A stretch of 64,000 nucleotides of DNA from Octopus vulgaris (GCA_951406725.2 OX597824.1:88474001-88538000); one strand, 5' to 3'; counted from the first letter of the stretch, positions 1 through 12,809 are shown. Numbers and translations: made by a program. Notes: generated from the sequence alone by a model not told the origin.

Positions 1-120
1 CCTACTCTGGCAACGATCACACTCAGATGGCGCTCTTGGCACCCTACTAGCACAGGGCACAAGTGCCAGTAAGGTGACGCTGGTAACGATCACACTCGAA
101 TGGTGCCTTTAATGATGATG
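1..120 (+). mobile_element. 3' end fragment of RTE-associated repeat (family E) with (GAT)n tail
   Basis: ggcacaagtgccagtaagg...ggtaacgatcacactcgaatggtgc modules like those at 25880-25940; ends atgatgatgata. Strand uncertain. Confidence 0.4.
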
Positions 121-134
121 ATAATAATTTCTGG

Positions 135-565
135 TGGGCTGGCTGAATTGTTAGCATGCCAGACAAAACGCTAAGTGGAATTTAATCCATTGTTACATTC
201 TGAATATGAATTCTGTCACGGTCAATCGACTTTGCCTTTTCTCCTTTTGTGATCAACAAAATAAATATCAGTTGAAGACCAGAGTCAATGTAATCAAGTT
301 GCCCCTGCCCCGTAAATTTGAGGCCCCATGCCTATAGCAGAAAGGATTACTATCATTAAGGCAACAAGCTGGCAGAATCGTTAGCGTGTTGGGTAACAGC
401 ATTTCTTCTGACCGTGTCCCGAGTTCTAATCCCACCCAGGTCAACTTTGCCTTTCATCTTTTTCAGGTCAATAAAATAAAGTACCAATTAAGTAGAGAGG
501 GGAGTGATATGATTAACTTGGCCTTCTCTCCTCGAAATTGCTGACCTTGTGTCAAAATTAGAAAG
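135..565 (+). mobile_element. Two degenerate tRNA-type SINEs (family A), head to tail
   Basis: Two copies of gctgg...aa(t/c)gttagc...ttcaaat...gtcgactttgcctttcatc motif, shared with younger copies at 10547, 35133 and 45415. Confidence 0.7.
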
Positions 566-574
566 ACTTATTTT

Positions 575-625
<51 letters not shown>

Positions 626-1239
626 CATCACCGTTGTACAGATCCCCCGCTTCCCAGCTCCACTTCAATATTAGGTTTTGTTTGGCCTGCAAGACATAGC
701 AGTGATGTCAGTTAAGTCACGTCACAGTCCGAGACATACAACAAATAGATTTAATGTCAAGGTTATTTACTGCAAAGCCCTTGGCCACTCAATCATGACC
801 GACTTGGGGGCTACAACAACAGCAACAACAGCAACAACAACAATATATGCATCACAGGAACCTTAGAAAACTAACTTCAAAGCTGGTCAAATTAACAACC
901 TGTACGGCAAAAAAAAAAAAGAAATTAAAAAAAACTAACAGATGTTTTCTATTATAAATTCTTAGCTATTGTTTCACACATTCTCACAACTGAAAGTATG
1001 CCAGGTCACCAGATATACTTCTTTAAAATGAATGCTGTCCTGAGAAAGTAAACTCTGGCGACATTCGACATTTGTGTCTCACGTATGTGACACTGAAGGT
1101 CTTTCGGTTGAAATAAAAAGCAAAGCAATAATTATCGAATTACAAATCAAAGTCCTTTCTTTTCTTTTTTCATTTTTGCTGCCTTCATTATTTTACACCT
1201 TTTAAAAAATATAACATATCACTATGTAGATGAACCGTT

Positions 1240-1845
1240 ATTCTTTTACTTGTCTCAGTCACTGGACTGCGGCCATGCTGCAGCAACACCTTGAAAGCTT
1301 TAGTGGAACAAATCGACCCCACCCCCAGTACTCATTATTTTTAAGTCTGGTACTTATTTAACCGGTATCTATTGCCGAACCGCTAAGTCACGGGGAAGTA
1401 AACAAACCAACGCCTTGGACAGTTTATTTAAAGTATTGTACTTATTCAATCGGTCTCTATTGCCGAATCGTTAAGTTTATAGAGACGTAGACAAACCGGG
1501 GGAGGTAAAGAATGCGTACACCACCCGTTTTCGGCGTAACAAAACCCCTAACCCTAGACACCAGGTGTACGTATTCTTTACTTTCGCCAACAAACCAACA
1601 TCTTGAAGAGATTAAGGCGATCAAATCGACTCCTGTGGGGTATTTATCAGTTTGGTTTTTTTGCCAGACTGCTAAGCTACAGAAACGTAAACTAACCAAC
1701 ACCGATCGCCAAGCAGTGAAAGACACACTGAAATTTATTCATAAAGCATTGACTGACCCAGGGCTACAGATGAAGATATCTGCACAGTGGAACTGAACCC
1801 GAAACGTGATCGCAAAGCAAACGCCTGAACCGCGCAGACACGGTT
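1240..1845 (-). mobile_element. Degenerate family B SINE fragments
   Basis: ttttacttgtctcagtcactggactgcggccatgctg and ccgaaccgctaag motifs match the reverse complement of the family B 3' half. Confidence 0.65.
1498..1588. mobile_element. 91-bp MITE with GG termini, ~8-bp TSD and internal CCCTAA (Merlin-like)
   Basis: TIRs gggggaggtaaagaatgcgtacacc / ggtgtacgtattctttactttcgcc; flanks gacaaacc (1490-1497) and aacaaacc (1589-1596); same family as 45310. Confidence 0.65.
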
Positions 1846-3699
1846 TTAGCAGCTGGCAGGGAATATGATCGTATAATAAATATTTATTTCATCTATTTCA
1901 AAAATATCGATCTCTTATATAGCACACTAAAACTCTTTTGGAAGGAGGTTAGCCATCAGCCCTAAATCCCAAGATCCACCTTACATCTTTAATAATATAT
2001 TGATTCCCGAATTTCAAGAAATATTTGTCGCTTTATACAAACCTACAAGTTGTGTGTGGGTTGCAGTATGATCGTGTGCAGTAGCATAATAATTTACTAG
2101 TACTTATAATATCCACATGTGAGGATTAATGGTAATCTCCAAGACGGTTTATCCTTCTAAAATATCAACCGGTATATTCATGCTACGTTGGTTCTCTCAG
2201 ATCCAACACACACATAATAAACAGACTGAAATAGTTTATTTTTTTGCGATTAAACCATTTCTATGTGTCGTTTTCTTCATATAATAAAACTGACCAACGT
2301 CACGGCAGTAATTTAAGGTCAAGCTGAAATCATCGGTTCTGTTTCGATTCCCAGTCGGAGCCATATAGGTTATGCAGTCAAGGATCTTTGCAAATACATC
2401 CCCTAAAAAACAATCTTCGGTTTTATATCCCAAGAAGAATTAGTGGTTATGTTGTTACTTGGAACTATCTAATAACATGTCTTATTTTTTGTATTATGCC
2501 CGATCTGCTAAACCGTATGGTGCATTAGTAAACAAAATGTGCAGATGCTCTGTGTTGAAATATACATTTTGAAAGACCGGTGGTGTGGATATGGGAAATG
2601 TCTATTAATTATGTCAGACACATATATTAATTCCATAAGATGTATGTTACTCGAGGAAATTACCAAAATATGACAGCTTAATCGTTCGTCTGGAGAAATA
2701 AATGGTCCCACAAACTAGATTATACACGGGAAAGTTTAAATAACGGGAAATGTAACTAACGGGGTGTGTAAAATGTCTAAATGAAATTAATTATACAATC
2801 ACAAAATATATTCTCAGTCAGCAAAAGGATCCACTGAATCCCTACCAAGAACAGACTAGGAAGAAATAAAAAGGGTAAAGGACATTTCAATACGAAATCA
2901 ATACATCTAGAAAGGATTACCTGAAAGTGAATTGGAAAAGTAATCGAATATCGAACACAATCACATGTGAAATATTTCATGGAAATGTTCTATAATATAA
3001 TTCTTCTCTTTTTTTCAAACTTAATTCTTCCGGTTATTCCTAATTGGTTATGTCTAAAATCAGCAATATTTGCCTACAAACGGTTCAGTTCTTCCTATTT
3101 TCTTTTAATAATACAGATATGGAAAACATCGATCTGCCGTTAAAGACGACATATGGCAAGAAAAAGATGATCAGAAAGACCAACAAGGATAACCGAAATA
3201 GATAAATTATTAGACATTTCGTGCAATTATTGCTAGTTTATTGTCGTATTCTTGTAATATTTACATTGGTTGACTGGGTTTATAACAAACGGGGGAAAGT
3301 AAACATTAGATATTTAAGGAAAGCCGTAAATCTATGAATATAAAGCGGCTGGTGTGACTGGTTTAGATATAATTCTTAATATTATAATATATAAGGTGTT
3401 TATTTATTTATTCTGCAGCAGCACAGGGAAGGCCAACATTATAGAATATTTGATAATAATATTAAAAGGAAAATATATATCTCTGATAAAATATAATAGA
3501 AAATAAAAGACAGGTAGATGGGGAAGAAAACGGTAAAAGTTCAAAGGAAATTTCTGTCCATGAGACGAAGAGAATATAAGAAACGAGCTGTAAGGAAATT
3601 CGTGTCGGTTCTATAAGGGTTGTTTTATGAAAATAAAAAGAGTAATTTCATATGTTAATATAAATATAAATTGCCAGCACCAACCTGTTTGGGTTAAAT

Positions 3700-3965
3700 A
3701 GTGAAGTCAGAGAGCGGAGAGAGAAGGGTCAGTTTAAATGATGATTTGTCATGTCAACATTCGCAGAGAGCCTCGGGTCACATCCGGTGAGAAATGTTTT
3801 GTTTTTTCTTTTGCTTCTTATCACGGTTTTTTATTTCTTTATCACGGTTTTTTGCCTTTACACGAAGAAGTCACTTCCTAATAATAAACAAAAGGGGGAA
3901 TCGCTATTTTAGTTCGATGACTGGTTTTTTTCGTTAAGACAAGAGATCATTCGTTCTTGGTACGT
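3700..3965 (+). promoter_or_regulatory. Candidate promoter and first non-coding exon
   Basis: Non-repetitive, CpG-retaining stretch; ETS-like TCACTTCC at ~3871; possible donor cttg/gtacgt at ~3959. Confidence 0.3.
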
Positions 3966-4506
3966 AAAATCCAAACATTCAAAAATTTTGAGAAATATTT
4001 CTTAGGCCAGTAAATGTCGAATTTAATAAAACCGTTTTCTTGCTTTGTTTTCTGATGTGTTTAAAAAAATAAATTAAAAAGTTCTAGTCTAAGGTTAAAT
4101 CAATCGTGTATAAAATATATTTTAATAAATTTTTAAATGATATCCTACGAACTCGTATAGCATTTTTGTTTTTTGTTGGTCCTGTGTTGTCCCATTCTGT
4201 GTAAGATCGTCCTGATCATAATAAAGATTCCATTCAATAAAACCGTAAAATCACAAATCAAATAATTTTAGATAAATATAAACGAAGTATAAAAATACAA
4301 AAGAATGTGTGTGTGATACAATGGGTTTTTGTTTGTTTTTCTAAATAAATTTTTCGAATACTTAGATTTCGAAAGATCTCCCAAAACTAAATCTACGCAA
4401 TCGTCCGGAGAAAATGTGAAAGGAAAAAAAAGGAAAAAAAATCTATTTTCTAATTGGTCAACGACAAGCATCGCGTCTGAAGTTATCAAAATTTAAACGA
4501 ATATAT

Positions 4507-4690
4507 TTTTATATATAAAAGTCAAGTTGTGTGTCTGTCTACGATGAGTCTACGATTTTAAAAATAATTTACCATAATGTTTTTCCATTTTAATGCATTT
4601 TTCGCTATTATATAAGGGAAGTAACTCTCTAAAAATGTTTATATAGTTATTTCCCTTACAAATCCGAGCAACGCCGGGCGATACTGCTAG
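4507..4690 (+). mobile_element. Non-autonomous Helitron-like fragment
   Basis: tatatataaaag..aagttgtgtg start; 3' end ccgagcaacgccgggcgatactgCTAG|t with subterminal GC hairpin; ends resemble 7107-7490. Confidence 0.6.
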
Positions 4691-4900
4691 TTTTATATAA
4701 ATGTTTTTCTCAGTGAAATGGATTTGGTGCCTTTCGCTTTCGATGTTCTAATTGTAAAGTTTCTTCGCATCAGTTTATTTTATTGTGAACTATTTTGATA
4801 ATTATCATTGATAGTTCTGGAGTTATAAAGTAATATTTTACGGAGATGTACTTGCATAGCAAGTGACTTGATCTGAGATCGTGTGCTGGAACGAAAACAA

Positions 4901-4971
4901 TTGCAGCGTGGAAGGTGTTTATAAGCCTTGTGTGTTTCTTAAATGGCTTATAAACACCTTCCACGCTGCAA
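4901..4971. repeat. Perfect 27-bp inverted repeat with 17-nt loop
   Basis: ttgcagcgtggaaggtgtttataagcc (4901-4927) / ggcttataaacaccttccacgctgcaa (4945-4971). Confidence 0.9.
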
Positions 4972-5024
4972 AGTAATATTTGTTTTCAGGCAATTCGATG
5001 TGGTATTTGTCTTCAAGTAACCCC

Positions 5025-5900
5025 AAGAGAAAAGTAAGGAACAAAACAGAGAGGATATTTGGTCGACTTTAATAAAGTGTTCGACACTGTGAGAAGGAAA
5101 GGTCTGCAGGAAATCATAGAACGACTAGGATGACGCTTCGAATTCCTAAACATGGTCATCCAACTCCCTGAAGCTCAGCGTAGCCGAGTTAGACACTACG
5201 AACTCTTAGGGACCTTCCGAATAACAGTCAGTCTAAAAGCAAGCATGTGCAAACTTTTCGTGAAGCAGCCCCCATGAAACATAGCACATCATTAGGCAGG
5301 CCGCACTGCTATAGAATTTCAAGGTAATTTTTCTTAAGGTGTGCCATTCAGAAAGTTCCGCGGGCTGCAAATACCCGTGATAGTATTAAGCAATACTATG
5401 TATTCGCGTTGACTCTCTTCCCCATTTTTTTCAACATGATATTCGTAAGGGCCAGGTCATAGACCTTGATGAAGAAGGTGACCTCTACATCTGATAACTG
5501 CACTAATAAACAATCTGTTCAACTTGAAGTGACTATAGTCCCTCCCTGGGACACTGGAACAACTCATCCAGTAGTTACGTACAATTTATCGACGAAGCTG
5601 CTCTTGTTACACACACTGACTGCCCTGCATCAGCCCAAACTTGAAGAAGATCGCCATCCTCCCTGCATTACCTTCGGCGAGAGAGATTTGGAAACAGTCT
5701 ACCTTGGTGGGTGCCCCCACATCTTCAGATTTTGAGAGCGACAAGGAGGTTGACTGGTAAACAACGTATTCAGCCGGCTGTTCAAAAGCATATAGTATAA
5801 CAAGTATCCTATTGTCTTTTTTATTTTAATGTACATTTTGGACCATGTAGTTCCAGATATCCAAAATAAGCCGTTCGTGTCCGGATTGTCTTTGATCATA
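5025..5900 (+). mobile_element. Decayed RTE-clade LINE reverse transcriptase relic
   Basis: Manual translation across frames: EKSKEQN..LVDFNKVFDTVRRKGLQEIIERLG, IKQYYVFALTLFPIFFNM (cf. VKQGCVLAPTLF), HQP..PPCITFGERDLETVYLG; many stops and frameshifts. Confidence 0.65.
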
Positions 5901-6940
5901 CGTCTGTGTGATGTATGATGACTTAGCACAAAGCAAGAACTTTCACTGTATTCTTCGATGAACACCTTGCGATAGAGTAACATAACTTTGTAATTTGGAT
6001 GAGAAATCAGAAAAGAAACTTCTTGATTCAACGATCTTAGTTACTATATTCACCATATACAGTGGGTTTTCTAGGAAACACCAGATTAGAAAACTATCAA
6101 GATTTGTCTACCTTCTTACACACAACAGGTATTTTAGCTTTGAGACAAGACGGCTGGATAGCTATATGCATTAAGACCGTTAGGTATAAGTTAATATAAT
6201 TCAGTTCTATGTTTCCTTGATAAAAGGGAAAAAAGGAACTAAATGGAGTTTCTTTTTTTAGACTATCTCAAAAAGAACATGAAAAAAAATTAACTTTATA
6301 TAGTAACCACCTGTCATGGTTCTATGTTAAGTTGGTAGACTTTCTCGGATGAAATTAGATATTGGCCTTTTATTGAACATATTGATGCTGGCATTTGAGT
6401 GGCACTTTATTTTATCAACCTGCAAAGGTGAAAGACAAAGTTGATCTCTTCAGGATACGAATTCAGGGCATTAAAAAGACCCTTAAGGTTTGATGCTCCA
6501 ACGTTTCCTAAATTAAGATGGGACGATGTAAGGGCGATAACTGTAGTTAGACTATAGAAACGTATTTTTTTTTTTATTCCGTAAGGTTATGAACGAGAAA
6601 CAACTAAATACTTCGTTATTATTTCTTAAAACTTAATTTTAATTTACAGTAGCAGTTAATTTCGTTCCTAAAAGAATTGGAATCTGTACGAAATATCTAA
6701 TTCTCAAATTTTCATCCTCCTGGGGTCGATGAAATATCAGTCAAGTACTTGGGTCAATTAATATCTCTATACAAATTTCATTTAATCTTTATGGAGATAA
6801 TAAAATGAACAACCGAGTCACGGTTGACTAAGTTTCCACACTTAAAATTTGTGATTTTATGATAATAATTTCTTTTTTTTTTTATTCATTCAAGTAAATG
6901 TATATTTGTATACTTCCTTCATTTCTCTTTCACTCCTGTA

Positions 6941-7029
6941 GCATTAAAGGGTTTATTTTCTGACATTATGGTTATTTGGATGGTATTGGAAAATTTCATT
7001 ATGTTATATTTATCCTTCTTTAAAGAATG
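6941..7029 (+). other. Candidate spliced exon (product unknown)
   Basis: Acceptor ttcatttctctttcactcctgtag; donor aatg/gtaaat; one open frame LKGLFSDIMVIWMVLENFIMLYLSFFKE. Confidence 0.3.
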
Positions 7030-7106
7030 GTAAATAATGTCCAAGTCAACTTGAGCAAAAATCTTACCATTTCCAGCTTGGCAATTGTTATAAGTATTGA
7101 GACAAA

Positions 7107-7490
7107 TCTCTCCCTATATATAAAGCTGAAGTTGTCTGTGTATGGCAGGTTTGGTAGCCTTCAACTAACACTATCTCCTCCGAGACCCTGCTGCGCAAGT
7201 TGACCAAAGTTGAGAGTATGATAGAAGAAGGCTTGCTCTTCCTCCCATAGAAGAAAAAATTCAAATCGGACCATGTTAACACCAAAAATTATTTACATTA
7301 AAACGGTGCTTTTTTTCTGTGAAAATCCCTATTTTTTACGATTTTTTGACTGCTGTGTCACTATTTTTCAGTGTATTTCAACCAGAAAAATGTTCACTTA
7401 AAGAGAATAACAAGCTACATAATGCAAAATTTTTACTTTTTAAAAATTCCAATTCTAAAGGGTTGAAACAAACCCAAGTGGTACTGCTAG
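7107..7490 (+). mobile_element. Non-autonomous Helitron
   Basis: Starts TC, ends CTAG, inserted between A and T with no TSD; inverted second copy at 55801-56194. Confidence 0.75.
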
Positions 7491-7869
7491 TTAAATGATA
7501 AAGTGATGGTTATAGATTGCTCGATATATGACATCTAGTGTAGGGATTTTTTTCTGGCATAATTTGGACATAGAATCGTCATCATGATCGTTTTTCATTG
7601 TAACATGCATCTTTACATGCTTGCATGGGTTGAACCGAATTTGTTGAGGCAGATTTTCTATAACCAGATGCCTGTTGCTAACCCTCACCTCCTGTTTCTA
7701 AGTAAGGGGATATTTCCCACTTGCATGTCAGTGACGCTCATTTACAACTATAATGTGATATCAAGACAAGGAAGCTTATGCCTTCCTTGTGAGTGAATTT
7801 GGTAGACAAAAAAGGGTAAAAACCTGTCATATATTAAAGAACTCCATTGGCCCGAGGAACATCTTAAAT

Positions 7870-9071
7870 TCCAGGATGGAAGTCTTCGGACCCTGTGTGA
7901 ATTACTCTTCTCTCCATTCATGTGAACTCATTTCACCCTTTTTGGATAGACTTGTGACTGGTGATGTAAAATGGATCTTCTATCAAATGTTAAATGTCGT
8001 AAACAGTGGCTTGGTAAAAGGAAAAAAGCTCAACCACAACCGAGAAGGGAACTTCATGGGAAAAAGCTTCTTCTCTCTATCTGGCGAGATTGCAAAGAGT
8101 AATTCACTTCAGGCCATTCTTATTGAAATCCTGGGACTTGCAAGCTGGCTGGGTGGATTCTTTATAGTTGAGTTTGATGATAAGCTCCTTGAGGCATTAC
8201 TTGAAGAAAATCTTGCATTATCAGTTGGAAAATTGGCAATAAAACTTAGTTCAAACCATACAGCTGTTCATCATCATCTTCAACTTGGAAAAGTTCCTAA
8301 ACTTGGAAAATGGGTGCCTCATGAATTGTCCGAAAACAACCGCAAATCCCTAGTTGGCGTCTGCTTTTCTCTCCATTCATGTGAACTCATTTCACCCTTT
8401 TTGGATAGACTTGTGACTGATGACATAAAATGGATCTTCTATCGAAATGTTAAACGTCGTAAACTGTGGCTTGGTAAAAGAAAAAAAGCTGAACCACAAC
8501 CGAGAAGGGAACTTCTTGGGAAAAAGCTTCTTCTCTCTATCCGGTGGGATTGCAAAGGAGTAATTCACTTTGAATTGTTACCACCTAATGCAACTATCAA
8601 TGCCCAAGTCTACTGTCAGCATTTAGAGTGTTTGAATCAAGCTTTGAAGAAAAAATGACCCACTTTAGTGAATTGAAAAGGAGCGATGTTTCATCAGGAC
8701 AATGCGTGATCCCAAACTGCAAAGATCATGTCACAGAAGATTGAAGAGCTTGGTTGGGAAAAAATTCTTCATTCACCTTATTCTCCTGACCTTGCTCCTT
8801 CAGACTACCATTTGTTTCGTAGTTTACAGAATCATTTGGTGGACTTAACTTTTGCAAGCCAAGAGGAGGTCAAAACTGACATGTCAGAGTTCTTCGCTTT
8901 GAAACCGAAAGAGTTTTACATTGATGGGATTAAAAAGCTTGTAAATAGATAGAAGAAAGTCACAGATAATCAAGGAAAGTTCATTGATAATCAAATTTCA
9001 ATTAAATATAACATTTGATCACTTGTTTGCTTTATTCAAAATTTAGACAGAACTTATGGGATGACCTAATA
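7870..9071 (+). mobile_element. Mariner (D,D34D) transposon relic with disrupted transposase
   Basis: WVPHEL, VT(G/D)DxKW, HQDNA and YSPDLAPSDYHLFRSLQ motifs in ORFs 7789-8658 and 8728-8952; right end ...cttatgggatgacctaa followed by TA; internal stops; ~200-bp segment duplicated (~7900-8110 vs ~8360-8570). Confidence 0.9.
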
Positions 9072-9189
9072 TACCAGTTGAATAAAGTTAAAACATGGTC
9101 TGGTTTTTGCGGTTTTTATTATGGTATTTTAACATTAAAAAAATATTTTGTTATGCTCATAAATTTAAATTAGCGCTTTCATACATTCG

Positions 9190-9695
9190 GGCGAGGTCGT
9201 TGCCAGTGCCACTGGACTGGCTCCTGTGTAGGTGGCACGTAAAAAACACCACTTGAGCATGGCCGTTGCCAGTACTGCCTGACTGGCCCTCATGCTGGTG
9301 GCACATAAAAGCACCCACTACACTCTTGTTGTTGTTGTTAAGCAACAAGACGGGTAAGGGTGATTAGGTGATGGTCTAGGGCTTAGGGGTGGGAGACCCC
9401 AGACCTGGGAAAAAAAAAGATTGGTCATCTTGTTGTAGTCAAGGGCTCTTCGTTAACGCTCGACACCACTGGGTGGTGGACCTCGAAGTCGCTGGAAATG
9501 GAGATCTCCAGGTCCAAATTCTTGAACGGCCCCACTACACTCTTGGAGTGGTTGGCGTTAGGAAGGGCATCCAGCTGTAGAAACTCTGCCAGATCAGATT
9601 GGGGCCTGATGCAGCCATCTGGTTCGCCAGTCCTCAGTCAAATTGTCCAACCCATGCTAGTATGGAAAGCAGACATTAAACGATGATGATGATGA
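9190..9695 (+). mobile_element. RTE-associated 3' repeat (family E) with (GAT)n tail, interrupted by a retroposed insert
   Basis: gtggcacgtaaaa...ggagtggttggcgttaggaagggcatccagctgtagaaac...ttaaacgatgatgatg. Confidence 0.7.
9329..9530 (-). mobile_element. 5'-truncated non-LTR retroposed insert with (CAA)n tail and 15-bp TSD
   Basis: cccactacactcttg duplicated at 9314-9328 and 9531-9545; (GTT)n at left end. Confidence 0.8.
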
Positions 9696-10323
9696 TACGT
9701 TCGTAGTAATCATCAAATTTCAACTTCTGTACTTCTTAGAATGCCCCAAAAAGCTGAATTTTTAGAATATCTTCTTGATCAATCTGTATGCATCTTAAAC
9801 ATCACGGTTTGCCAGGCGGGACCGATATTCTGTAACTTGTTTATATTTATATGCTAGAGATATTTTTTAATCCACATCATTAACTGGTTGTTATATTTTG
9901 CATTTATTTCTGTTCAGAACAGGTTTGAACATTTTAATAAACCATTTTTCTTTATACATTCACACAAATCAAAACAATTTGTATGCATGTATGTTTGTAT
10001 GTATGTATGTATGTATGCATGTATGTATGTATGTATGTATGTGTGTGTGTGTGTGTGTGTGCATGCCTTTGTGTTCATGTTTGTCCACCCCCACTGCTTG
10101 ACTGATATTGGTTTGTTTACATACCCATGACTTAGCAGTTCAGCAAAAGAGAGTCCAATAAAATAAGTAGCAGAATTTTTTAAAAAATTGTACTGGGTTT
10201 GATTTGGTTGACTAAAACCTTCAATGTAGCGCTCCAGTATGGCTGCAGTCCAATGACTGAAACAAGTAAAAAATAAAAAATTATATGTCTACTCATTTTT
10301 TCTACACCAAATTTATTCAACAT

Positions 10324-10546
10324 TTAACAATTTTGATACCTACCCGGCTGAAACCGGCTCTGGCCCTGTAGTACAAATGTCTTGTTTTCATAAGTTTTGA
10401 ATTAAAATCTTCCACCAAACCTTAGTGACAATTTATGTTCCTAACTTAATGATAATGAAGTTATTTTACTAAATTCTTTGTTTATCTAAAATTAATTGAA
10501 AGAAACACAGAGCATCTCAAAATAAATACTGTAATGAAAGGGTTAA
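10324..10546. mobile_element. piggyBac-like MITE (TTAA flanks)
   Basis: Homologous to 17620-17838; ends aaagggttaa. Confidence 0.6.
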
Positions 10547-11515
10547 GGCGTCGAGCTGGTAGAAACATTAGCACGCCGGGCGAAATGCATAGCCATATTT
10601 CGTCTGCTGTTACGTTCTGAGTTCAAATTCCGCCAAGGTCGACTTTGCCTTTCATCCTTTCGGGTTCGATTAAATAAGTGCCAGTTACGCACTGGGGTCG
10701 ATGTAATCAACTTAATCCGTGTGTCTGTCCTTGTTTGTCCTCTCTGTGTTTAGCCCCTTGTGGGTAGTAAAGAAATAGGTAGTTTGTCTGCTGTTACGTT
10801 CTGAGTTCAAATTCTGCCAAGGTCGACTTTGCCTTTCATCCTTTCGGGGTCGATTAAATAAGTGCCAGTTACGCACTGGGGTCGATGTAATCGAACTTAA
10901 TCCGTGTGTCTGTCCTTGTTTGTCCTCTCTGTGTTTAGCCCCTTGTGGGTAGTAAAGAAATAGGTAGTTTGTCTGCTGTTACGTTCTGAGTTCAAATTCT
11001 GCCAAGGTCGACTTTGCCTTTCATCCTTTCGGGGTCGATTAAATAAGTGCCAGTTACGCACTGGGGTCGATGTAATCAACTTAATCCGTGTGTCTGTCCT
11101 TGTTTGTCCTCTCTGTGTTTAGCCCCTTGTGGGTAGTAAAGAAATAGGTAGTTTGTCTGCTGTTACGTTCTGAGTTCAAATTCTGCCAAGGTCGACTTTG
11201 CCTTTCATCCTTTCGGGGTCGATTAAATAAGTGCCAGTTACGCACTGGGGTCGATGTAATCGACTTAATCCGTGTGTCTGTCCTTGTTTGTCCTCTCTGT
11301 GTTTAGCCCCTTGTGGGTAGTAAAGAAATAGGTAGTTTGTCTGCTGTTATGTTCTGAGTTCAAATTCCACTCAGGTCGACTTTGCCTTCCATCCTTTTGG
11401 GGTCGATAAATCAAGTACCAGTTACGCATTGGGGTCGATGTAATCAACTTAATCTCTTTATCTGTCCTTGTTTGTCCCTTCTATGTTTAGTCCCTTGTGG
11501 GCAATAAAGAAATAA
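10547..11515 (+). mobile_element. Family A SINE with one head and five tandem ~184-bp body units
   Basis: Unit start gtctgctgtta recurs at ~10602, 10786, 10971, 11155 and 11339; one TSD gaaagggttaa at 10536-10546 and 11516-11526. Confidence 0.9.
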
Positions 11516-12184
11516 GAAAGGGTTAAAGACAGTTAAAAACAATATTATTTTCTTTCTATAATATGTAGCATATACCTTACCATATTGATAATGTTCTCAC
11601 CAGCAATCTGTGTCATTTAAAAAATCATCCTTATCCTTAGTATTATTGTTGTTGTTGCTGTTTGTCTAACAAATGCCTAAAGGTACTTCTACCTGACAGT
11701 TTCATGTGTCATTAGTTTGAGAAACTTTGTGTGCTTTTTGTGGGATAGGCTGTCAGCCAAGCACACAGCTCTCATATATCCATAGAAGGGCATTAAGTCA
11801 ACACTGCATGCAAACAAAACGTCGTCTACGTCTATGGCAATGAAATGTTCCACTGTGTTTTGAGTCATTCACTTAGAGTAAAGTGTCTTGGTCATGGAAA
11901 CAGTGCAGTATTAATGGCAATGTGCAAACAACTAAACCTTCAACTGATTGTCTGATACCCTGGCAACTCAGCCATCTTGAATTTGGAAGGAATTTCAATG
12001 GTTGCTGCTTCTTTTGTATCTCAGGATACCTTGTTATTTTCTAGATCATATCTCTACTGGAAAGATTACGTAGTAAACAGTCATATGAGAAACGTAGACA
12101 TGTAATAAAATGTCAGGTCTAAGAAAGAAGCCAAGAATAGTCTTGCTGATGTTCTGCACTTTGAGAAAAAGAAGCATGAGTCTT

Positions 12185-12512
12185 TTCTACTCTAGGCACA
12201 AGGCCCGAAATTTTGGGGGAGGTGGGGGGGGGGAAGTCGATTAGATCGACCTCAGTACTCAACTGGTACTTAATTTGTCGACCCCGAAAGGATGAAAGGC
12301 AACGTCGACCTCGGCAGAATTTGAACTCAGAACGTAAAGACAGACGAAATACCTATTTCTTTACTACCCACAAGGGACTAAACACAGAGAGGGCAAACAA
12401 GAACAGACAAACGGATTAAGTCAATTACATCGACCCCAGTGCGTAACTGGTACTTAATTTATCGACCCTGAAAGGATGGAAGGCAAAGTCGACTTCGGCA
12501 GAATTTGAACTA
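12185..12512 (-). mobile_element. Family A SINE (two body units)
   Basis: gaccccgaaaggatgaaaggc...gaatttgaactc present twice. Confidence 0.8.
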
Positions 12513-12809
12513 CATTTGAGAATGGTAGAAATATCTGGCCCAGAATCTGATTCATCAAAGCTCATACTGTTGTTGGAGAGTCTTGTCACCTACATTAGTG
12601 GGTGACTCCAGGCAGCTCTAGTGTTACAGTGGAAGGAACTGAAACACTGCTTCATCGCCTGATGAGACATCGACTCCTACATTCGGAGATGGAGTATAGT
12701 GACTACCCTAAAAGTAGCCACCCAGCATTACCCTTAAGAAGTTTATAGTATTGGTGAAGGCATGATCTTGTTGAACAGTAAGCAATACGAAAGAAAGCAT
12801 ATCTATTAC

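Noticed and set aside
2300-2375. tRNA-like 3' end gtttcgattcccagtcggagcca
   Set aside because: No D arm, anticodon arm or matching acceptor 5' strand; more likely a decayed SINE B box.
3117-3205. Acceptor-like site followed by short ORF MENIDLPLKTTYGKKK...
   Set aside because: Only 28 codons, no recognisable homology and no supporting gene context.
7789-8658. 289-aa ORF as a functional transposase
   Set aside because: Chimeric N-terminus from a frameshifted duplication; stops before the second and third catalytic Asp.
12655-12700. CTGATGA hammerhead-like strand (also at ~34396, ~44261, ~56492)
   Set aside because: No stem II followed by GAAA and NUH at a suitable distance.
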